A stretch of DNA of 64,000 nt from Macrostomum lignano (Eukaryota), in assembly GCA_002269645.1 (NCBI GenBank), contig NIVC01000889.1, positions 124,001 to 188,000 on the forward strand, written 5' to 3'. Under the pieces are notes generated by a model. It saw only the letters and a program-made list of their open reading frames with translations, searched no databases and had not been told where the DNA came from. This document shows, piece by piece, positions 48,413 through 64,000 of the stretch (position 1 is its first letter; each line of letters opens with the position of its first letter). Both the position numbers and the translations under genes were made by a program.

Positions 48413-51400
48413 TCACTTCTGATTGACAGCTCGACGAGTCGGTCTGGGTAGCGGGGCAGGTGCGGTCACTTCGGAGACCCAGTCGGGGTGCACAACAAAG
48501 TTGCTGCGATAAGGCGGGCACGCGTTCTGCAAATTTGAGGTGGGTGGGCGGAGTGAGGTGGGTGCTCTATGGCGGAGTGAGGTGGGTGTTTCATGGCGGA
48601 GTGAGGTGGGTGTTTCATGGCGGAGTGAGGTGGGTGTTTCATGGCGGAGTGAGGTGGGTGTTTTATGGCAGAGTGAGGTGGGTGTTTTATGGCAGAGTGA
48701 GGTGGGTGTTTCATGGCGGAGTGAGGTGGGTGTTTTATGGCAGAGTGAGGTGGGTATTTTATGGCAGAGTGAGGTGGGTGTTTCATGGCAGAGTGAGGTG
48801 GGTGTTTCATGGCAGAGTGAGGTGGGTGTTTCATGGCAGAGTGAGGTGGGTGTTTCATGGCAGAGTGAGGTGGGTGTTTCATGGCAGAGTGAGGTGGGTG
48901 TTTTATGGCAGAGTGAGGTAGGTGTTTAATGGCAGAGTGAGGTGGGTATTTCATGGCAGAGTGAGCTGGGTGTTTTATGGCAGAGTGAGGTGGGTGTTTC
49001 ATGGCGGAGTGAGGTGGGTGTTTTATGGCAGAGTGAGGTGGGTGTTTTATGGCAGAGTGAGGTGGGTGTTTCATGGCGGAGTGAGGTGGGTGTTTTATGG
49101 CAGAGTGAGGTGGGTATTTTATGGCAGAGTGAGGTGGGTGTTTCATGGTGGAGTGAGGTGGGTGTTTTATGGCAGAGTGAGGTGGGTATTTTATGGCAGA
49201 AGTTAGGTGCGTGTTTATTTCGGAGTACGGTGAATGCACACTTTTCAAGATCTAGAGAGTCAATGTTGACTTGCAGGAATTGCCATGATGACCTTACCGT
49301 GAACCCGGAGCCGAGATGCACATAGTCAGCTGACGTTCGCGCTGACTGCGCCCGCAACCTGACTGACGCGTAGTTGTTCCTCAAACCGTTGGACAGCATC
49401 GTTGACGCGGTTGCACTGCAACGACATAATTTTGCGACGTACGATTCTCCCGTAACTACCTTATTCTGATTCTAATCCCAAAACTCAAGGCCATTTCACT
49501 CACTCGGCACCTCCAGATCTTGGCAGTCGATGCGGAGTTGGTGGTCGAGTTCGCTTGCCAAAGGTGTGCCGATCCTCAGGCGGCGGCAGTGGCAAGCCTC
49601 TGACTTGTTGACGCAGCCCGCCACCTCGGTTGGAGGCTCCGACGGCGGCACCCTCGATGCCGAGGCCTTCGAGCCCGATTCCGCGGCTGCCACCTCCTCT
49701 GCTGGATCCGATGGCTTTTATCAGATTGTAGGCAACTTGCTTGTCTGCGAAGTGCAATATGGACGACCTCGTAGCAAGAGAAGATCTCATTACCGAGTCA
49801 ATTTATTTGTTGGTATGAAGCAACTCACCGTGTTCATTAGAGTTTTGCATCCAGCTAAGAATGCCTTTTTCTGCATCATCGATGTTCTGGAAAAGTATAA
49901 TATTGTGTTATCGATTCGAAAAGATCAATAAGATCGGCAGCCATCCCATTTTATCGATCGACTAGCGACTCCCCACAGACTTGCAGCCACCCCAATTTAT
50001 CGATCGACTAGCGACCCCCGCACAGACTTGCAGCCACCCCAATTTATCGATCGACTAGCGAACCCCGCACAGAGTTGCAGCCAACTCCCATTTTATCGAT
50101 CGACTAGCGAACCCCGCACAGATTTGCAGCCACCCCATTTTATCGATCGACTAGCAAACCCCCCCCCCCCCCCACAGACTTGCAGCCACTCCACTCGCCT
50201 CGTTAGCCAGCAGTCGCCCGCGGGCAGTGCGGGGCCGCCTGTACAAAGCTGCGTGCGGCAGCTCCTCGGGCATCGGCTTGCGCGGATTCTGCCGGTGCCG
50301 GAAGGCGCGCAGTTCTCGATCGCTGGCGCAAAACGGCGTGGCGCCCCGCCAGGTGAGCCAATTAGACGAGGCTGGTCGCTTGGCTGGCTCTGCGGCCGGA
50401 GGTTCGCCCTCCTTTGCTTCACCTGCCGTGCCGTCTTTCTTCAAATCCTCTTGTTTTGTTTCACGATTTTCCGGTACTTTTCCTGGTAGCACAGTAGGTT
50501 TTAAAGGGATAATTCAAGTAACTAATATTCATATGAGGACCGAGGGGCCCCCTGGCGCAACGCCTCCGGCGAGATCGCCCCACAGCCTGCACTGAGGTAA
50601 TTCTGCCCATTCCGCTGACTCATGAGTACATTACAAGGGCGTCAATGCTGTACGCAGGCACAGCACTCATACACAAGCTCACACAGGGTGTACATCGGCC
50701 CTGGCTTTCTAATCGTCAGACATGTACACTCTGTGTGCTGCTCGTGCCCCCGAGCTGCTCATTCTCACCAATTTGCTCCATTGAATCTAGTTGGGCATCC
50801 GCGAATCCCATCAGAGTGTCCGGGAACTTCTTCTCGTTCAATTCTTGCTGCTGAGACACTGCGACGGTTTCAGCCTCAGGTGCAAACTTTGAGGACACCT
50901 GGGCGTATCTGGGTGTACCTGAATGGCGATATGTCAGCATGATTGATGTCTGAGTGATTTCGCACTGTTCCCTGCTCACCACTGGTCACTCTGTGTCCCC
51001 TGCTCACCTGTGCGAATACCGGGTCACTCTGTGTCCCCTGCTCACCTGTGCGAATACCGGGTCACTCTGTGTCCCCTGCTCACCTGTGCGAATACCGGGT
51101 CACTCTGTGTCCCCTGCTCACCTGTGCGAATACCGGGTCACTCTGTGTCCCCTGCTCACCTGTGCGAATACCGGGTCACTCTGTGTCCCCTGCTCACCTG
51201 TGCGAATACCGGGTCACTCTGTGTCCCCTGCTCACCTGTGCGAATACCGGGTCACTCTGTGTCCCCTGCTCACCTGTGCGAATACCGGGTCACTCTGTGT
51301 CCCCTGCTCACCTATGCGAATACCGGGTCACTCTGTGTCCACTGCTCACCTGTGCGAATACCGGGTCACTCTGTGTCCCCTGCTCACCTGTGCGAATACC

Positions 51401-51726
51401 GGGTCACTCTGTGTCCCCTGCTCACCTGTGCGAATACCGGTGGCGCTGCCCACCAGGCAGAGCTCATCATCGTCCATGCCGCTTGTCCAGCCTCGAGCGG
51501 TCGCTGGACGCCGATTCACCTGGCTGCCACCGTCTGCCAGCGAGCCGGAGGTCTCCGGGCGGGTCTGCTGCTGCCGCTGCTGCAACATTGGCGCCAGCAG
51601 CCGAGGAGGCGGGGGCTGAGCCAGCCGGTTCTCCGTCATGTAGTCACGCAGAGCCGCGCGAATCATCCCAGTGAGACTGCCGCGCTCCTTGCGGCTCAGG
51701 TTGGGCGCGTAGCGGGCGAGGAAGTC
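48413..51726 (-). CDS. Multi-exon hypothetical protein (at least 6 exons; 5' end not resolved)
   Basis: Exons 51426(or 51438)-51726 (DFLARYAPNLSRKERGSLTGMIRAALRDY..), 50769-50918, 50195-50482 (weak donor), 49504-49744, 49298-49415 and 48413-48526 (NACPPYRSNFVVHPDWVSEVTAP..QK-stop). All have AG/GT ends and mutually compatible phases (1,1,1,2,0). Confidence 0.7.
48538..49200. repeat. 24-bp intronic minisatellite (GAGTGAGGTGGGTGTTTCATGGC[A/G])n
   Basis: Direct reading. Confidence 0.93.
49945..50187. repeat. ~47-bp repeat, 5 copies, containing TTATCGATCGACTAGC
   Basis: Direct reading. Confidence 0.85.
50985..51438. repeat. 38-bp minisatellite overlapping a splice donor (minus-strand unit GTATTCGCACAGGTGAGCAGGGGACACAGAGTGACCCG), about 12 units
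   Basis: Period 38 (TGCTCACC at 51001 and 51039). Confidence 0.95.
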
Positions 51727-51848
51727 CTGAGTCGGGGTGGGTGTCAAATTTCGTGAATTTGTCCAATTTGAAGAGGAGTTTGAAGAGGCGGTAGCGGAGG
51801 TGCGCACACAGGGTGTACATCGGCCCTGACTTCTCATCTTCAGGCATG

Positions 51849-52453
51849 TGTTATGAAGTTTAGGTGTTATGAAGTTTAGGTGTTATGGAGTTTAGGTGTT
51901 ATGAAGTTTAGGTGTTATGAAGTTTAGGTGCTATGAAGTTTAGGTGTTATGGAGTTTAGGTGTTTTGAAGTTTAGGTGTTATGAAGTTTAGGTGTTATGA
52001 AGTTTAGGTGTTATGGAGTTTAGGTGTTATGAAGTTTAGGTGCTATGAAGTTTAGGTGTTATGGAGTTTAGGTGTTATGAAGTTTAGGTGTTATGAAGTT
52101 TAGGTGTTATGGAGTTTAGGTGTTATGAAGTTTAGGTGCTATGAAGTTTAGGTGTTATGGAGTTTAGGTGTTATGAAGTTTAGGTGTTATGAAGTTTAGG
52201 TGTTATGAAGTTTAGGTGCTATGAAGTTTAGGTGTTATGGAGTTTAGGTGTTATGAAGTTTAGGTGCTATGAAGTTTAGGTGCTATGAAGTTTAGGTGTT
52301 ATGGAGTTTAGGTGTTATGAAGTTTAGGTGTTATGAAGTTTAGGTGTTATGAAGTTTAAGTGTTATGCAGTTTAGGTGTTATGAAGTTTAGGTGTTATGA
52401 AGTTTAGGTGTTATGAAGTTTAGGTGTTATGAAGTTTAGGTGTTATGAAGTTT
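51849..52453. repeat. 16-bp minisatellite (TATGAAGTTTAGGTGT)n
   Basis: Direct reading. Confidence 0.95.
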
Positions 52454-53461
52454 AGATATTATTAAGCTAAATGGCTGCCCACACGTACCTCGGCTCCCAC
52501 GCTGCCAGGTGACCAACTCATCCTCTGTCAGGTCCTGACTGAAGAGACGGCTATCAGCAATGCTCTTTTACTAACTTCGAACAAATCACTAATGAGGTGA
52601 AGGCAGGCAGGTAGCTCGCAAACTTGACCGGCTGGCGCTGCTCCGAAAAGCATTGAGTATACACGGCTAAACTAAAATAAACGCTTGAGGCGCTCAACTA
52701 TGCCGAGTTGAAGACTCAAGAATCGTAGAGAACTCGTCAACTCGTAGAGAAGGACGAATAAGAATATTTAAACAGAGAATGGAGACAAGCATTGCTTGGT
52801 GCAAAAGACAACAGATCAGTTGCTGTGCAGTCTGGCGTGATGAAGAGTGCGGTGGCTTATTGTCTGTCTGCCTGTCTGTCTCTGTCAGCGTACCGACCCT
52901 CTCCTTTGCATTCATCTCATCATTTTGTGAGAGACCCAGCTGATATGAAGGCAATTGTTTGACAAATTTAATCTTGTAATATTATATGCATTATATATTT
53001 CTATGTTTCTACTTGCAGTAGAGTACTGAGGAACAAATTCAGACTTATCTGATCTAGTGTCAGTACTGTCGAATGGCTAAAGTGCATACACTTGCTCCGC
53101 TTGCTCAGGTCTTTTTGGCCAGAATATCCGCCCACAAAGTCAGATTAGGAAAGGGGAACTGCATCCTAATAAACGTTTTTCCTTAATTTTGATCCCACGA
53201 GGATCCTCGAACCAGGTCTACGGAGCACAAACGGTTTCTTTAGTAATAGAATTACCGCAGGTTGAGTTCGTCTGGGTGCCGGGCCTTTTGAAGCTAAATT
53301 GAGGCTGTCGAGCACTGCTGCACTGGGTGCTGGAGCGCAGGGGTCTGCGTGCTGCGTATTACAAGTGAGTGATTCCATGGTGACTGCTTCACTCTGCCTA
53401 ACCTGCTATGAGGATCATGTTGTAGAGTAGCCAGAGACTCACTCGAACGAGTGAATCATAG

Positions 53462-53945
53462 TCCGAGTGACTCTCAGACCGAGTGACTCTCAGACCGAGT
53501 GACCCTGAGACCGAGTGACCCTGAGACCGAGTGACCCTGAGACCGAGTGACCCTGAGACCGAGTGACCCTGAGACCGAGTGACCCTGAGACCGAGTGACC
53601 CTGAGACCGAGTGACCCTGAGACCGAGTGACCCTGAGACCGAGTGACCCTGAGACCGAGTGACCCTGAGACCGAGTGACCCTGAGACCGAGTGACCCTGA
53701 GACCGAGTGACCCTGAGACCGAGTGACCCTGAGACCGAGTGACCCTGAGACCGAGTGACCCTGACTATCAGACCGAGTGACCCTGAGACCGAGTGACCCT
53801 GAGACCGAGTGACTCTCAGACCGAGTGACTCTCAGACCGAGTGACTCTCAGACCGAGTGACTCTCAGACCGAGTGACTATCAGACCGAGTGACCCTGAGA
53901 CCGAGTGACCCTGAGACCGAGTGACTCTCAGACCGAGTGACTCAG
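53462..53945. repeat. 16-bp minisatellite (GAGACCGAGTGACCCT)n
   Basis: Direct reading. Confidence 0.95.
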
Positions 53946-54764
53946 AATGTCTCAGAAGAGTGTCTGAGAATTTCAGAAAGTCTCCCACACCGAGTAAGTA
54001 GCTGAACTCTCGTGAAGCAGTTGAGCACTACGGCGGGCACAGTGGATGAAGCTGTTGCATTATAATCTTGAATTAAGTGGCGAACTGGAGCTGGAAAAAC
54101 CATAAATTCAAGAGCAATTCGAACCGCGGCAGGCAGTCACAAGCCAAGCAATCAATCAACTCTAAAGTCGTCGTGAACAAACTTCGGAGAGGGAAAGGTA
54201 GAGAGAAGGAGAGAAGAGGTGTTGGGAACAGGTGAACCAAAAGGGAATTGCTTTGCAGCATCCCAGCCTTCATCAACTTGAGCAGGCGGGCTTCACGGCC
54301 TGTTTGTTCATCAGCCATGGAAGCTGCATGCAGCTGAAGCCGAAGGGTGCCGCGTATCGCACGCACGATAGCCAGACTTGATGAAGCCTCGTTTTTTGCA
54401 GCTTCTTTTTGAGTTCTCCTTTGTCCGTCCTGTCTATCTAGTCTGCCTAGCCTTCACAAAACTGCCATATCTCTATTGTTGTAGTTGCTATCCAATGCTG
54501 GTCCACTCATCTTGAAGTAGTGCCCCTTTGTACGAGTATTATAGTAGCGACACTTAAATATGCATGGAGATGTGCACAGCTGGGGAGATTGTGATTAGAT
54601 GATTAGATGGCAACCAAGTCAAAGTTTTACTTTGAAACTGTTAATTAAATTCAGATTTTCTATTAAAAGCACAGTTTTGCGTCTTTTAAGGTTTCACGAA
54701 CTCCTCAAGGGAACTCTGAAAATTTTTAATTGCTTCACGCAAAGCATCGGGTTCACTAATTCCC

Positions 54765-55725
54765 TACTCATTCCTAACTCCCTACATTCCTAATTCTCCT
54801 ACACATTCCTAATTCCACTACACATTCCTAGTTCCTTACAATCCTAACTCCCTACATTCCTAATTCTCCTACACATTCCTAATTCCACTACACATTCCTA
54901 ATTCCCTTACACATTCCTAATTCCCCTACACATTCCTAATTCCACTACACATTCCTAGTTCCTTACATTCCTAACTCCCTACATTCCTAATTCTCCTACA
55001 CATTCCTAATTCCACTACACATTCCTAGTTCCTTACATTCCTAATTCCCTACATTCCTAATTCCCCAACACATTCCTAATTCCCCTACACATTCCTAATT
55101 CCCCTACACATTCCTAATTCCTTACATTCCTAATTCCCTACACATTCCTAGTTCCTTACATCCCTAATTCCCTACATTCCTAATTCCCCAACACATTCCT
55201 AATTCCCTTACACATTCCTAATTCCCTACACATTCCTAATTCCCCAACACATTCCTAATTCCCTACTCATTCCTAACTCCCTACATTCCTAATTCCCTAC
55301 ACATTCCTAGTTCCTTACATCCCTAATTCCCTACATTCCTAATTCCCCAACACATTCCTAATTCCACTACGCATTCCTAATTCCCTAAAATCCTAATTCC
55401 CTACACATTCATAACTCCCTACATTCCTAATTCTCCTACACATTCCTAATTCCCTACACATTCCTAATTCCCTACACATTCCTAATTCCCTACTCATTCC
55501 TAACTCCCTACATTCCTAATTCTCCTACACATTCCTAATTCCCTACACATTCCTAATTCCCTACATTTCCAATTCCCTACATTCCTAATTCCACTACGCA
55601 TTCCTAATTCCCTAAATTCCCAATTCCCTACACATTCCTAATTCCCTACATTCCTAATTCCTCTAAACATTCCTAATTCCCTACATTCCTAATTCCCTAC
55701 ATTCCTAATTCCCTACATTCCTAAC
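54765..55725. repeat. Degenerate 18-21-bp minisatellite (CATTCCTAATTCCCTACA)n
   Basis: Direct reading. Confidence 0.9.
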
Positions 55726-56259
55726 TGTTTTTATCGCCCAATTCTTAAGTTTAAAATATTCAGCAAAATGTCACAATTTTCTAGATGCAATGAAGAATTT
55801 TGAAATTAAAGTACAGCATGTCATCACATAGCACCAATGCATGCGATTATGAAAAAGCAGAGTTTCTTAGAAAAAGTTTCCCAGAAGCAGTTAGACTCCA
55901 TTGAGTCGAGTCGTTCGATATTCGCTAGTTGTCTAGGCTCACGCAAGACTGTTCCACTATCAGCTGTTCAAGTCAGCAGTTCGAATCCCTGATATAGTAA
56001 TGGGAAAGCTGCTAGAACCACTGCTTTGACTCGTTAGGGACTGGGCAGGCACTTGGGATAACAAACTTCTAGGCTAAGCGAGAAAGTCCCCCACTAGGAC
56101 ATGCAGCCTTGGTTCCAGCGCAACTTGTGAATCCGACACTTGCAGCGCGACCGGAGATCAATCAGGGCGATTGGGCTGGCTGCGAAATATGGGAAGAGGA
56201 TTTTTGGGAGCAGTTTTGGGCTGCAAGAAAGTAAGGGGGTGCTGACTAAGGATGCAGTG

Positions 56260-56670
56260 GAGTGGGGATAACGGAGTGGGGATAACGGAGTGGGGATTAT
56301 GGAGTGGGGATAACGGAGTGGGGATAACGGAGTGAGGATAACGGAGTGGGGATAACGGAGTGGGGATAACGAAGTGGGATAACGGAGTGGGAATAATGTA
56401 GTGGGGATTATGGAGTGGGGATAACGGAGTGGGAATAACGGAGTGGGGATTATGGAGTGGGGATAACGGAGTGGGGATAACGAAGTGGGAATAACGGAGT
56501 GGGGATTATGGAGTGAGGATAACGAAGTGGGAATAACGGAGTGGGGATTATGGAGTGAGGATAACGGAGTGGGAATAACGGAGTGGGGATTATGGAGTGG
56601 GGATAACGGAGTGGGAATAACGGAGTGGGGATTATGGAGTGGGGATAACGAAGTGGGAATAACGGAGTGG
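56260..56670. repeat. 14-bp G-rich minisatellite (GGAGTGGGGATAAC)n upstream of the third GPCR
   Basis: Direct reading. Confidence 0.9.
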
Positions 56671-56999
56671 GGAAAACAGCGTGGGAATCAAAAATTTTTA
56701 TTCGATATTTCGGCAAAAATAAATGTGCAAATCCATTCAAAAGTTCAACTCCCTCGCGTCAACAAACGAATATAGACGAGTCCTCGGCCCCGTGCAAGGA
56801 CTGGGAGTTCTAAAGAAGCAAGTTTATTACTGAATGTGGGAATCACATCTGGTTGCTGATTTCCCATGAATTCAGCTCCCACCCCAGTTTATTGGCCGAG
56901 TGCCTGCCTGTCCAATGGGATTTGACCTACTGCTGCAGACAAGAAGGCGATGCAGGGGCCCTCAGCCACTGCGGACAACCGGCAACTTCCCGACGAGAG

Positions 57000-63903
<6,904 letters not shown>

Positions 63904-64000
63904 AAGAGCTGTCACAGATTTCTGGACTCTGTTGTTAGTTTCTGAATTGCGTTTGTATTACTCTACTGTCAGTAGCAATGCCGGAATTAAAGCAGAAAGA

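Noticed and set aside
51849-55725. Interstitial telomeric repeats (TTTAGG and CCCTA-containing arrays; also TTAGGG near 36370-36460)
   Set aside because: The telomere-like hexamers are isolated within 16-21-bp units and are not tandem (TTAGGG)n.

Overview
Eukaryotic (bilaterian animal) genomic DNA with GC-rich exons and introns packed with mini- and microsatellites. A free-living flatworm such as Macrostomum is my guess from style only. There are no prokaryotic operons or CRISPR arrays, and most long ORFs in the supplied track are artefacts of tandem repeats. By splicing exons by eye I can support nine protein-coding genes: (1) a furin/kexin-type proprotein convertase (- strand, 6 exons, runs off the left edge); (2) a divergently transcribed lysyl-oxidase-like gene with 2 SRCR domains; (3) a GnRH/AKH/corazonin-receptor-like GPCR with a decayed Ty3/Gypsy element in its long intron; (4) an intronless TIS11/ZFP36-type tandem CCCH zinc-finger gene; (5) a small orphan secreted protein; (6, 7) two FMRFamide-receptor/srw-like peptide GPCRs; (8) an Ala/Arg-rich coiled-coil protein; (9) a >=6-exon unknown protein. 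Mobile DNA comprises the Gypsy relic, a CORE(MIR-type)-SINE, a second tRNA-headed SINE candidate, an RTE fragment and a 5'-truncated LINE with a 13-bp target-site duplication. The most unusual signals are at the RNA/splicing level. Both downstream coding exons of the GnRHR-like gene are bracketed by inverted repeats, one of which is an antisense copy of the gene's own splice donor. A minisatellite forms a ladder of identical 5' splice sites in another gene. Several arrays are built from units carrying textbook transcription-factor motifs (kB, ETS, GATA, CCAAT/NF-Y), and one perfect 15-mer array recurs upstream of unrelated genes. All functional interpretations are hypotheses from sequence alone.
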